Source: Candidatus Doudnabacteria bacterium
Lineage (GTDB): Bacteria > Patescibacteriota > Doudnabacteria > UBA920 > O2-02-FULL-48-8
Reading direction: 5' to 3'
DNA: 64,000 bases
Assembly (NCBI GenBank): GCA_016182875.1
Contig: JACPFQ010000004.1
Location: 259,515 to 323,514 of the forward strand
Below are positions 1-9,146 of the stretch, piece after piece. Each line of letters starts with the position of its first letter. Positions within the stretch are counted from its first letter, which is position 1. The translations under genes and the position numbers were made by a program. The notes beneath the pieces are model-generated. The model was not told the origin of the DNA and made no database searches. It saw nothing but the letters and a program-made list of their open reading frames with translations.

Positions 1-1323
1 ATTAGTCCGCCTTTCAGCACTTTCAATAAATTTTTCAGGGATGACCGTCTTAAGCAATTCCTGCGTTTGGCTTTCAGGCAAATGGACCGTAGTCTCGGTT
101 TGCTGAGCTTGTCGGCGGACTAAATGCGCTTCTAAATCTTGAGTATCAAATATGGGGTCAGGCTTTAAGTTCGGCTGAGTCTCTTGAGCGTCATCAACGG
201 GTTTAAGCTCAACTTTAAATGTTGTCAGATAGGGACTCGTTTCTTGGTCGGCTCGGTGAACTGACTGCATGACCCGAATTGCCTGCCCGCTTTCTACCGG
301 CTCGGTTTTTGGGGTCTCGTCTACTGCGGCGTGAGGTTGTTCTGGCTCAGTTCGAGCTTGCTTAGTTGCTTCAGTGGGCGGTTCGGAAAAATGTTTTTCT
401 GCGCCCAAGGTCATAACCGAGACAGGCTCGGATTTCGCCATATCGGTTAAAGGCCGTGTGACCTGGTGCTGTTGCACTTTTGATTCGGTACGTATAGTTC
501 CCTGCGGCTGAGTAGCCAGGGTCTCTGTAAAATTTAAAACCATGGGTTCAGGCCTGTCGATTTCGATTACCGCGCTTTTTTCCACCACTTGCGGAATTTT
601 GTTTATTTCCTCGTCTACGAAAGGAAGTTCTGTATTGATTTGTTGCCCCTGACTGCTGGTTTTTTCACCTAACCAAGTGTCGTCGTCCATATCGTCGACA
701 GCCAACATCTCAACTTCTTGACTTACTTCTGCTTGAATGGCCTCCGTTAAGTTGAGTGTTATTGGCTGGGGTTCGGTTACGGTAACAGCCGGAATCAAGC
801 GGGATTGCTGAATTTTGCTATCAGTTTCTTCTTCCATGGAAATATCATCGTCCATATCATCGACCGGAGCAGGCTCAGTTTCTTCTATCCTGACGAAAGA
901 TTCATTTAGAATATTGTCGCCCTCCAAGTAATAGACAGTGAAGAATTCTTTGCCGAAAAGCGTTCCTTCCTGTATGGCATAGTTTCTTGTTTTTAGCTCT
1001 GCCAAAAGCCGATCATGTTCAGCCAAAGCCTCTTGATCGGTGCTATTTTTGATTGCTTCGGTTATCGAACGTTCTGTGTTGTTGGAATCAACAACGACCC
1101 AACCCCTTTCGGCATCCAGCCGATATTGGTTAAGGTCCCTGATTTCTTCCCTGGCATAGCCCTGGGCTTCTATAGTCGCCGCCAGCTGCTCCGCCACTGG
1201 TCTTCCGGAAACTGACGCCTGAATATTTATTTCGGCAGAAGCAGAGATTTCAACATGACTCTCCTGGGCCTCGAAGTCGTCGTCCTCAAATGTTTCTATA
1301 TTTATATCTGTTTCATCGTCCAT
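1..1323 (-). CDS. hypothetical acidic protein (start ATG at 1321-1323 on minus strand; C-terminus runs off window edge)
   Basis: Manual translation of the minus strand is open from 1323 to position 1 (over 440 aa, begins MDDETDINIETFEDDDFEAQ...); absent from the ORF track because it is truncated at the edge. Confidence 0.5.
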   Translation of the reverse strand, partial: MDDETDINIETFEDDDFEAQESHVEISASAEINIQASVSGRPVAEQLAATIEAQGYAREEIRDLNQYRLDAERGWVVVDSNNTERSITEAIKNSTDQEALAEHDRLLAELKTRNYAIQEGTLFGKEFFTVYYLEGDNILNESFVRIEETEPAPVDDMDDDISMEEETDSKIQQSRLIPAVTVTEPQPITLNLTEAIQAEVSQEVEMLAVDDMDDDTWLGEKTSSQGQQINTELPFVDEEINKIPQVVEKSAVIEIDRPEPMVLNFTETLATQPQGTIRTESKVQQHQVTRPLTDMAKSEPVSVMTLGAEKHFSEPPTEATKQARTEPEQPHAAVDETPKTEPVESGQAIRVMQSVHRADQETSPYLTTFKVELKPVDDAQETQPNLKPDPIFDTQDLEAHLVRRQAQQTETTVHLPESQTQELLKTVIPEKFIESAERRTN

Positions 1324-1563
1324 AAAAATGAAAAAATCACCTCTCTCAAGGTGAAATGTAAGTTTCCTGCTCGGGAGAGAATGGTTACTTGGCAATCTGA
1401 CTTTGACAGTTGCGGCACAGTGCCGGAATTTCACCGGACTTCCCCTACGACGTCCCGCCTGCGGCGGGAGTCGGAGTCCCGACCTTGCGTCGGGACAAAT
1501 AACCGTTATTCTTTTGTTAACTTTTGCTGAAACGATTCTAGCGCCGGCAAAAAATCTTGTCAA

Positions 1564-1704
1564 CCAGGTACTAGAAATTTGACTTAATCTTTCGGCCATT
1601 TGAGCAATTTCTTAGGACTGGCCGAAAGATTACAGCGCGATATGTTTTTGATTGAGGACTCTTATCTGAAAAACATAATCGCGGGTCAAAATTTCAGTAC
1701 CTGG
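1564..1704. mobile_element. MITE-like element copy 1 (about 141 bp, terminal inverted repeats ccaggtactagaaatttgac / gtcaaaatttcagtacctgg)
   Basis: Near-identical copy at 30139-30280; internal palindromes (ctttcggcca/tggccgaaag; cgcgatatgttttt/aaaaacataatcgcg) fold into a long hairpin. Confidence 0.7.
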
Positions 1705-1709
1705 TCAAA

Positions 1710-2888
1710 CTAAGCGCCGGGCGGCTGCATCATATCCCAGACGTACTTGGCGGCGTTTACGGTTTCTCCGTACAGGGGATTGTAGTGCAGATTTATAAAT
1801 GGGGCGCCATTGCATTCTATAATGCCCGCTTTTTGAATTTTCCATGATTTGGTGATGTCTGAGAGCATGAAATCGAATCCGAGAATCGGATCGCCCACGG
1901 CTTTTGCTGCATCAAGAATCATTTGTTTTGTTTCCGGATGGGTGTCTGGCGTGCAGTCATAGCTCGTTCCGCCGTATGCCACGCCAATTTTTTCGGAAAG
2001 CGTGACGGTTTGGTTTCGGGCTAAAACGGAATTGAGATTGTAGCCCTGCCTCACTAAATAATTCGCAGTTGCTGGATTAACTTTTATGGGCTGCATGCCC
2101 AAGGCAAGATTCGCATTATGTTTTTCTATCAATTGCGCGATAGTCCTTTTGCCGTCGCCCGTAACCTTTGGCGAGGAGCCGCCCAAAATTCCCACCAGCT
2201 GTTTGTTGATAACAGTCCCGCGAAAGACGTCTCCAAATAACTGCTCTTCAACCATGACCCAGAGGCAGAGTTTTTTGGCGATTTTGAAAGCCTCGGCAAA
2301 CTGCGCGTCATTGTAGATGAAAGTCGAAGTATGCCGGCCGCGCGAGCCCTTCCTGGGCTTGACCACGACGGGCTTGAGTAGGGTTTGAAAATACTCAGAG
2401 GCTTCCCGAAAATTTCTAAAGGACTTGCCATTTGCTACCGGAAGTCCTATAACAGCGAGCTTTTGTTTAAGAATCGATTTGTCGTCTATCCAATCAAGCA
2501 CAGCTTCATCAATCGATTCGGGCCTGGGAAGCCCGAAGAAAATTTTTTTCTTTCCCGCGATTTGAGCTTGGTATAAATCTATGGAAAGGTTGAACGGCTT
2601 GATTTCGCAAACCTCAATCCCGCGCCTTTGCGCTTCCTCGAGCAGGACCTTGGCCCGTTTATACGGAATTTTTTCTATGTTGGAATTGAAGCGAACCAGT
2701 CCCAACAGCCGCAAGCCGTAAAAAGTTGTCCACGCCAAAAGTTCGGCCAAATTGTTGATAACCTTTCTTCCGAACCAGCCGAAAAAAAGCTTTTGCCGCA
2801 GAGGGGAGAACGCTATGTCCATGGAGCCATAGAACCAGATGGAGGCGTGGTTTACCGGATTTTCGCCGCAATAGAGGCATTTAGCCAT
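1710..2888 (-). CDS. ATP-grasp domain protein (RimK/cyanophycin-synthetase-like ligase)
   Basis: 392-aa ORF; ATP-grasp-like segments (VVVKPRKGSRGRHTS, EEQLFGDVFRGTVIN) recognised by eye. Confidence 0.6.
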   Translation of the reverse strand: MAKCLYCGENPVNHASIWFYGSMDIAFSPLRQKLFFGWFGRKVINNLAELLAWTTFYGLRLLGLVRFNSNIEKIPYKRAKVLLEEAQRRGIEVCEIKPFNLSIDLYQAQIAGKKKIFFGLPRPESIDEAVLDWIDDKSILKQKLAVIGLPVANGKSFRNFREASEYFQTLLKPVVVKPRKGSRGRHTSTFIYNDAQFAEAFKIAKKLCLWVMVEEQLFGDVFRGTVINKQLVGILGGSSPKVTGDGKRTIAQLIEKHNANLALGMQPIKVNPATANYLVRQGYNLNSVLARNQTVTLSEKIGVAYGGTSYDCTPDTHPETKQMILDAAKAVGDPILGFDFMLSDITKSWKIQKAGIIECNGAPFINLHYNPLYGETVNAAKYVWDMMQPPGA

Positions 2889-2925
2889 GAATTTCTAATT
2901 ATTCTAATTTCTAATTGACCTAAAT
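2888..2925. repeat. AT-rich flank repeat (aatttctaatt / ctaattgacctaa motifs) on the 3' side of the four-helix-bundle gene
   Basis: Inverted relative to 3341-3380; the same aatttctaatt motif recurs at 24220-24245. Confidence 0.5.
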
Positions 2926-2956
2926 AATGTCTAAACCCCAAGCACGAATTTCTAAA

Positions 2957-3340
2957 TTATTTAACCTTTTTGTAAATAGCATTTTTGTAAATAGCATTAA
3001 AGATCAGGTTTAATTCTTTGGCTTCAGTCCAGAGTTTATCAGCCCTTTCTGCCATTTCAGGAACCGCGACCTTGATCATCCGCAGGAAATGCTTGCATTC
3101 TCGGGACTCTTTCTTGCAAATGCCGATTTTGTGCTTAAAGTCTGCTTTGCTTTCAGCATCATCAGCTTCGCAGTAATTAGCTCCGGTTGCGGTACCGCAT
3201 CTAACTAGCTGGTTTATTAAGGGCCTGGTTATATCATTCTTAGCCATTGCGCTGCAAAAGCGTATGACTTCTTCCCCGAACTTTGCAGTTCTTTCTTCAA
3301 GGTCATACTTTCGGCTATTAGGATTTTCGTTATTAGTCAT
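2957..3340 (-). CDS. four helix bundle protein (23S rRNA intervening-sequence protein family, TIGR02436-like)
   Basis: 127 aa; motifs EEVIRF, NQLVRCGTATGANYCEA, DF.HKIGICKKE match the family consensus. Confidence 0.8.
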   Translation of the reverse strand: MTNNENPNSRKYDLEERTAKFGEEVIRFCSAMAKNDITRPLINQLVRCGTATGANYCEADDAESKADFKHKIGICKKESRECKHFLRMIKVAVPEMAERADKLWTEAKELNLIFNAIYKNAIYKKVK

Positions 3341-3380
3341 TGTTTAGAAATTAGGTTAATTAGGTCAATTAGGTTAATTT
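3341..3380. repeat. AT-rich flank repeat (aattaggttaattaggtcaattaggttaatt), inverted partner of 2888-2925
   Basis: Contains the reverse complement of ctaattgacctaatt / aatttctaa seen on the other side of the gene. Confidence 0.5.
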
Positions 3381-3571
3381 TAAAGCCCCTGCCAATTAGC
3401 AGAGGCTCGTTTTTAGTGTCCCATCATAATCTGCTAGCTAGATTAATGATTAACTAAATTATAGGAAGCGAAAACCCATCAGTCAAACCCCCTTGCCCGC
3501 AAGGCAAGCTTCGGGTATAATTGCGGGATGTAGGGCGGCCTTTTACCGGGCCATTTTGAGGAGGAGCAAGC

Positions 3572-3877
3572 ATGTCAATGAAGATTACCGACGCCCACAA
3601 TCACGTGGGTCAGCAAGTCACGGTACTCGGTGCCATCGCGGCACCCCCCAGGCCGACGAGTCCGGAGGTTCAGGAAGCTTTGGTAAGCATGAGGGACCGC
3701 ACTGGGATCATCCGAGTCGTCGCATCGAGGAAGCGCCTGGGAGATGTGGGATTCGCCGGCCTCACGAGCCTCAGGCAGGGTACGCCGCTCGTCGTCATCG
3801 GTTCGCTGAGCTTGGACGCTGAGGGGTACTACGCGCTCCAAGCGGACCGGTTCCAGGTCACCGGACCGGGCAACTGA
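3572..3877 (+). CDS. hypothetical protein in a GC-rich islet
   Basis: 101-aa ORF preceded by a strong RBS (gaggagg); local GC about 62% versus about 47% in the flanks. Confidence 0.5.
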   Translation: MSMKITDAHNHVGQQVTVLGAIAAPPRPTSPEVQEALVSMRDRTGIIRVVASRKRLGDVGFAGLTSLRQGTPLVVIGSLSLDAEGYYALQADRFQVTGPGN

Positions 3878-3932
3878 TCGAAATTTCCGGTCGATTCAAA
3901 GCCGCGAGCGCGGCGACTCTGCAAGTTCCGGC

Positions 3933-3965
3933 GGGACCGCCTGTGGGTCCCGCTTCTTTTTTTTG
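3933..3965 (+). terminator. rho-independent terminator (gcgggaccgcc tgt gggtcccgc followed by a T-run)
   Basis: GC hairpin followed by ttcttttttttg. Confidence 0.6.
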
Positions 3966-4058
3966 CACATGTTGACAGAGGGAACTCTTATTCCCTGCTA
4001 TGTTGATAAGTTTTTCTATATTTAGTAAAAGTTCTCGAAATTTAGTAAAAACGCCTCT

Positions 4059-4088
4059 TTGACAGGTATCTACATATGGGGCTATAGT
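4059..4088 (+). promoter_or_regulatory. sigma70-like promoter candidate for nrdR (TTGACA-18-TATAGT)
   Basis: ttgaca at 4059-4064 and tatagt at 4083-4088. Confidence 0.35.
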
Positions 4089-4231
4089 GCTTATGTTAAT
4101 ACTAGATATTGTGTTTGAAGCCCAAAATAGGCTACCCTTCGACACAAAATCACAACTGGCTCATTCTGCAAACTAAATCGAGAGGCCCAAAGATGTCGGA
4201 ATCACGCCTATTTTTTATGTGCTAAAAAAGC

Positions 4232-4675
4232 ATGAAATGCCCTAATTGTGCCCATGACGACAGCAAGGTTTTGGACTCGCGTCCGATTAATGACGGGCTG
4301 GCCATAAGAAGAAGGCGCGAGTGTATTAAATGCGCCTTTCGGTTTTCGACCCATGAGGAAATGGAAATTCTGGATTTAACGGTAGTCAAGCGCGACGGGC
4401 GCAAGGAGCCTTACATGCGGGAAAAGATTGAGTCCGGCATCAGGAAAGCTTTCGAAAAAAGGCCGCTTAACCGCGACGACTTCCACGCCTTAATGTCGGC
4501 GATTGAGCAAGACATTCAAAAATTGGGCCGAGACGAGATTAGTTCCCGCGAAATCGGAAGCATTGTCATGCGGCGCATCAAATCCCGCGACCAGGTTGCT
4601 TACATCAGGTTTGCCTCGGTTTATCGCCAGTTCGCCGATGTGGACGAGTTTGTGAGAGAAGCAAAAAAGTTATAA
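4232..4675 (+). CDS. nrdR: transcriptional repressor NrdR
   Basis: 147 aa; N-terminal zinc ribbon (MKCPNCAHDDSKVLDSR ... RRRRECIKC) and ATP-cone; directly upstream of an RNR gene. Confidence 0.9.
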   Translation: MKCPNCAHDDSKVLDSRPINDGLAIRRRRECIKCAFRFSTHEEMEILDLTVVKRDGRKEPYMREKIESGIRKAFEKRPLNRDDFHALMSAIEQDIQKLGRDEISSREIGSIVMRRIKSRDQVAYIRFASVYRQFADVDEFVREAKKL

Positions 4676-4765
4676 TAATTCGAAACTACGAACCGGGATC
4701 CGAATAATACGAACCCGTTCGTAGATTCGCATAAACGTTCGTAATTTCGCATTATATTTAAAAAA
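4676..4765. repeat. 88-bp imperfect palindrome in the nrdR-nrdJ spacer (copy 1)
   Basis: taataattcgaaactacgaacc...cgaataatacgaacccgttcgtagattcgcata...gttcgtaatttcgcattatatt; about 85% identical to 21077-21165. Confidence 0.7.
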
Positions 4766-4787
4766 AGAATTAACTAAAGAAACCAAT

Positions 4788-7391
4788 ATGCAGTACTACG
4801 AAGTCATCCAAAAGCATCAGTTATTAACCGCGGAAGAAGAACAACGGGTCAACGACAGCTTTTCCCAGAATGCGCTTAAGATGATGAAGAAGCGGTACCT
4901 GCTCCGCGACGAGAAGGGCACGATTTTGGAAGATCCCGCGCAAATGCTGCATCGCATCGCGCATTCTTTGGCTGACGTCGAGCGGCAGTACGGCAAAAAC
5001 CAGTTTGAAATCGAGCAAATCGAACGCGACTTTTTCTATATTATCGCCAACAAGGAATTTACCCCAGCCGGCCGGACCATCACCAACGCCGGCGCTCCTT
5101 CGGCTGTGGTTGCCAACTGCATCGTGCTACCCATCAAAGATTCGATGGAAAGCATTTTCCAAACCCTCAAGGACGCCGCCCAGCTGCAGAAAGCCGGCTC
5201 AGGCCTTGGCTTTTCGTTTACCCATCTCCGCCCCGCAGGCTCAATCGTCAAAAAATCCCAAGGCATGGCTTCTGGCCCGGTTTCATTTCTGCAGGTTTAC
5301 AATCAGGCGTTCGGAGTGATTAAACAGCAGGGCCGGCATGGGGCCAACATGGCCATTCTCCGGGTGGATCATCCTGATATTTTGGACTTCATTCACAGCA
5401 AGAAAATCGAAGGCCACATCCGCAACTTCAACATTTCAGTAGGGATTACCGATGAATTTATGGAGGCGGTAATCAATAAACCCAACGAGCCCTGGGTCTG
5501 CAAATTTGACGGAGAACCCATGAAGCCGCGCCGGATTGAGCGGGATGAGCATGGCTTAATCAAGAAAATCGAAGAGCTCGACATTTCCGCCGTCCAGTTG
5601 ATGGATGAGATTGTGTATGGCGCCTGGCGGAACGGCGAGCCGGGCGTGGTCTTCCTCGATGTCGTCAACAAAACCAATGTCTTGCCGGAGCTGGGCGAAA
5701 TTGACGCCTGCAACCCCTGCGGCGAGCAGTTCCTGCATCATTATGATGTTTGCAACTTAGGCTCCATTAATTTGGCCGTCTTGGTCAAAAACGGCCAGGT
5801 CGACTTTGAGCGGCTGCGGTTTGTGACCCGGACCGCGACCAGGTTTTTGGACAATGTCGTGGATGTTTCCAACTTCCCGGTCAAAAGCGTGGATGAGATG
5901 GCCAAAAATTCCAGGCGAATCGGCTTGGGCGTCATGGGCTTTGCCGACATGCTTTATCAACTGCGCGTGCGCTACGATTCGGCCGAAGGATACAAGGCGG
6001 CGGAAGACGTCATGCGCTGCATTCAGGAAGAGGCGCACCGGACTTCACAGGCCTTGGCCGAAGAAAAAGGCGTGTTCCCGCTTTACAATCTTTCAATCTA
6101 CAAAAAACTGGGCATTCCCATGCGCAACACAATGTTGACGACAGTAGCACCCACCGGCTCGATTTCCATGTTCTTCGACACTTCCTCCGGATGCGAGCCC
6201 AACTTCGCTTTGGCCTACACTAAGCAGGACAAAGACCGCATGCAGTATCTCTATGTCAACCAATATTTGGAAAAGGAACTCAAGGAGCGAGGCTTGTACA
6301 CTAAGGAGTTGATGGACCAAATAATTCATGAAGGCTCGCTTGCCAATATTGAGCTTCCGGAGGATCTCAAAGAGACTTTCCGCGTCTCCATGGACATTTC
6401 CGCCGAGTCTCACATCCGGGTCCAGGCGGCATTCCAGAAATGGGTGGACAATTCCATTTCCAAGACGATTAATTTTCCTTACAGCGCCACGGAAACAGAT
6501 GTCCGCCAAGGCTACATTCTAGCCTGGCAGCTTGGGTGCAAAGGTTGCACGGTTTACCGCGACGGCTCCAGAGAATTGCAGGTTTTGAATATCAACAAAA
6601 ATTTGACTGCGGACGGCAAAACCAAAATCGCAGAGAGTGCCTCCCGACGCGACTTTCAGTCGGTCGGGACCCCGACTTCCGAAGGAACGTCGGGGCAAAC
6701 TGTTCCCCAGCCAAATCCAAATCCAACCCCTATGCCCCAGCCCCAACCCCAACCCATGCCGCCGCCGGCAACTCCCAAGATGTCTGCCTCGCCGGCAGGC
6801 GGGACAATCTCGCCGCGCAAGCGGCCGGATGTCATGCACGGCGCCACGTATAAAGTCTCCACCGCCTATGGCAATCTCTATGTCACAGTCAACGAAGACG
6901 AGTTTGGCCCGTTTGAAGTGTTTTCCCAGCTCGGCAAGGCCGGCGGATTTTTCGGGGCCCAAACCGAAGCGCTATGCCGGCTGATTTCCCTAAGCCTGCG
7001 AAGCGGCATTTCGATTCAGGAAGTCGTAGACCAGCTGAAAGGGATTAGAGGGCCGGATCCCGTTTTCCATAACGGCGAGCGGATTCTTTCTTTGCCGGAC
7101 GCCATTGCCTCGGTGCTGGAAGGCCACACTAAGCGAGGCCAGCAGGAGCTGACGTTCGAACTGCCTAAAGCGGCGCCAAAAGTTGAACAGAAAGCAGAGC
7201 AGGAACTGGTTTACGAAACCGTCACGAAAGAAGTGCAACCCAGCGGTATCCTTGGAACAACAGTAGTCACGCAAAAATTTTCCATCGCTAACTTAGGCCA
7301 CGCGCCAGCTTGTCCTGATTGTTCCAACATGCTGGTCATGAAAGAAGGTTGCATGTCCTGCGAAGCGTGCGGGTTTTCGAAATGTGGTTAG
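4788..7391 (+). CDS. nrdJ: ribonucleoside-diphosphate reductase, class II (adenosylcobalamin-dependent), with C-terminal Cys-rich zinc ribbon
   Basis: 867 aa; VCNLGSINL, TVYRDGSR, NSISKTINFPY motifs; no small subunit gene nearby; B12 adenosyltransferase gene adjacent; Pro-rich low-complexity insert near the C-terminus. Confidence 0.85.
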   Translation: MQYYEVIQKHQLLTAEEEQRVNDSFSQNALKMMKKRYLLRDEKGTILEDPAQMLHRIAHSLADVERQYGKNQFEIEQIERDFFYIIANKEFTPAGRTITNAGAPSAVVANCIVLPIKDSMESIFQTLKDAAQLQKAGSGLGFSFTHLRPAGSIVKKSQGMASGPVSFLQVYNQAFGVIKQQGRHGANMAILRVDHPDILDFIHSKKIEGHIRNFNISVGITDEFMEAVINKPNEPWVCKFDGEPMKPRRIERDEHGLIKKIEELDISAVQLMDEIVYGAWRNGEPGVVFLDVVNKTNVLPELGEIDACNPCGEQFLHHYDVCNLGSINLAVLVKNGQVDFERLRFVTRTATRFLDNVVDVSNFPVKSVDEMAKNSRRIGLGVMGFADMLYQLRVRYDSAEGYKAAEDVMRCIQEEAHRTSQALAEEKGVFPLYNLSIYKKLGIPMRNTMLTTVAPTGSISMFFDTSSGCEPNFALAYTKQDKDRMQYLYVNQYLEKELKERGLYTKELMDQIIHEGSLANIELPEDLKETFRVSMDISAESHIRVQAAFQKWVDNSISKTINFPYSATETDVRQGYILAWQLGCKGCTVYRDGSRELQVLNINKNLTADGKTKIAESASRRDFQSVGTPTSEGTSGQTVPQPNPNPTPMPQPQPQPMPPPATPKMSASPAGGTISPRKRPDVMHGATYKVSTAYGNLYVTVNEDEFGPFEVFSQLGKAGGFFGAQTEALCRLISLSLRSGISIQEVVDQLKGIRGPDPVFHNGERILSLPDAIASVLEGHTKRGQQELTFELPKAAPKVEQKAEQELVYETVTKEVQPSGILGTTVVTQKFSIANLGHAPACPDCSNMLVMKEGCMSCEACGFSKCG

Positions 7392-7542
7392 ACGCTCGGC
7401 ACCGATTGCAAAACTACCGGCCGTAAAATTCTGCTGAATTTTCGGCCTACGTGCTCGGGCCGTCGCCCTGCGCAAGTTAGTTTTGCAACAGTGCCTCGCA
7501 TCCACATTTCGAAATTGGAATAAAAAATAATGGAAGGCGGTG

Positions 7543-7573
7543 GAGTATCCGCCGCCTTTTAAAAAATGTTAAG
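7543..7573 (+). terminator. rho-independent terminator after nrdJ
   Basis: aaggcggtgg agtat ccgccgcctttt followed by aaaaaa. Confidence 0.6.
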
Positions 7574-7596
7574 CACGGATATAGCATAAATATAGC

Positions 7597-8124
7597 ATGC
7601 AAAAGGGTCTGGTAATCATTTATATAGGCAACGGCAAAGGCAAGACCTCAGCCGCCGCTGGCTTGGCGATTCGGGCGGCGGGAACCGGCATGAAAGTTTT
7701 GTACGCGCAATTTGTGAAGGGCGATTGGCCGAGCGGCGAGCGGAAAATTTTGGAGACCTTGCCCAATGTGACGGTTAAGCTCATGGGCCGGGGATTCGTG
7801 GGCATTTTGGGCGACCGCAAGCCTATTGAGGAACATATCCGTGCCGCAAAGCTTGGACTGAAGCTTGTGTTGAAGGCTTTGAAAAGCAAAAAATATGATC
7901 TGGTCATCGCCGACGAGGCGATTTCCGCGATTGAGTCCAAGCTTTTGACAGTAGAAGATGTTTACAAATTAATTAAACAAAAGCCGCAGAACGTCCATTT
8001 ATGCCTCACCGGCCACAAGCGAATCAAAAAATTGATAGATGCGGCGGATCTGGTGACGGAAATGAAAATGATCAAGCATCCCTATTATCTGGGCATTCTT
8101 GCGCAGAGAGGGATTGATTATTAA
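7597..8124 (+). CDS. cobO: cob(I)yrinic acid a,c-diamide / cob(I)alamin adenosyltransferase (CobO/CobA/BtuR family)
   Basis: 175 aa; P-loop GNGKGKTSAAAGLAIRAAGTG and YAQFVKG motif typical of the family. Confidence 0.8.
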   Translation: MQKGLVIIYIGNGKGKTSAAAGLAIRAAGTGMKVLYAQFVKGDWPSGERKILETLPNVTVKLMGRGFVGILGDRKPIEEHIRAAKLGLKLVLKALKSKKYDLVIADEAISAIESKLLTVEDVYKLIKQKPQNVHLCLTGHKRIKKLIDAADLVTEMKMIKHPYYLGILAQRGIDY

Positions 8125-8179
8125 TTTTTCCAAAGGGCACCTTTGCCCATCGTGAAAACCAATCAGGCAAAGGTGCCCT

Positions 8180-9139
8180 TTGCTCGGTCGACGAGGCAAT
8201 CTAATTATACTAAGAATTATTTCTATGGCCAATAAAAGCAGAGAAGTATTAACTCATACCGGAGAACCTGAAGCGCCTGATAAGATTCAAGCAATTGAAA
8301 ATGAAGTTTTAACGGATGCTGAAAAAAGAAGCCCGGAATTTTTAGCTTATTTGGGGAAGGTTGATTTTGATTTGCTGCGTAAATTATTTTTTGAAATTTT
8401 CAAAAGAATCGGTATGGATGAAACAAGTTTTAATTTTTTAGGACCAGAGAGAATTGTTGAATCTAATCATGGTACCACATACAGCGGAATTGATAATGCC
8501 ATCATTATTGCCTTAAAAAATTTAGAAGCAACAGGAAGACCAACTGAACAGGATTTTGCTCATGTATTGATCCATGAAGAAGTTCATGCAACGGCAAAAA
8601 CTATTTGCAGGGGAGAAATTGATCCAACCTGGTTAGCAGATTATTTCCCAAATAAAGTTAACTCGATTCCTGAAAATCAATTCCGAGAACTTAGGTATGG
8701 CCTTTCCCGTCTTACGCTTCCTAAAAAAAGTATTCATGGAAGGACGAGAGTATTTTATCTCTTGAATGAAGGGGTAACTGAGAAGCTGGCACGAGAAATA
8801 TTTGAAAAATACGCCAATGTTAAAGACATGGATGTAAAGGAGCATGGCAAAAAAGTGAATGATGAGAAAAACCCAGAAAATTATTATTATCCGATCCCGG
8901 TTAGATTTGTTGAAGCATTAGTTGATAGAATTGCCAAAGAAACAGGTTTAGAATCTAAAATGGTTTGGGAAAGCTTTGTGCGAGCTGCTTATACGGGAGA
9001 AGATATGGAGAATCCTGAATTGCGGCAAGCTTTCGCGGAAACCATATCAGACGATTTTCTTTCCAGGCTGTCTCGTCTTGAAATTGGTGATGAAGAACAA
9101 ATGTTGGAGCTTATAGAGGAGTTGAAAAAGAATAATTAA
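8180..9139 (+). CDS. hypothetical protein with HExxH motif (putative zincin-like); likely starts at MANKSREV, about 8225
   Basis: 319-aa ORF; HEEVH motif; no other recognisable domain. Confidence 0.45.
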   Translation: MLGRRGNLIILRIISMANKSREVLTHTGEPEAPDKIQAIENEVLTDAEKRSPEFLAYLGKVDFDLLRKLFFEIFKRIGMDETSFNFLGPERIVESNHGTTYSGIDNAIIIALKNLEATGRPTEQDFAHVLIHEEVHATAKTICRGEIDPTWLADYFPNKVNSIPENQFRELRYGLSRLTLPKKSIHGRTRVFYLLNEGVTEKLAREIFEKYANVKDMDVKEHGKKVNDEKNPENYYYPIPVRFVEALVDRIAKETGLESKMVWESFVRAAYTGEDMENPELRQAFAETISDDFLSRLSRLEIGDEEQMLELIEELKKNN

Positions 9140-9146
9140 CCTGTTA

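Noticed and set aside
6637-6862. Intein or inserted domain in nrdJ (Pro-rich segment)
   Set aside because: Only a low-complexity P/Q/N-rich linker. No intein splicing motifs or endonuclease blocks.
7392-7596. Cobalamin riboswitch near nrdJ or cobO
   Set aside because: No B12 box (GCCACTG context) or other conserved riboswitch blocks were recognised on either strand. Only generic hairpins and a terminator were seen.
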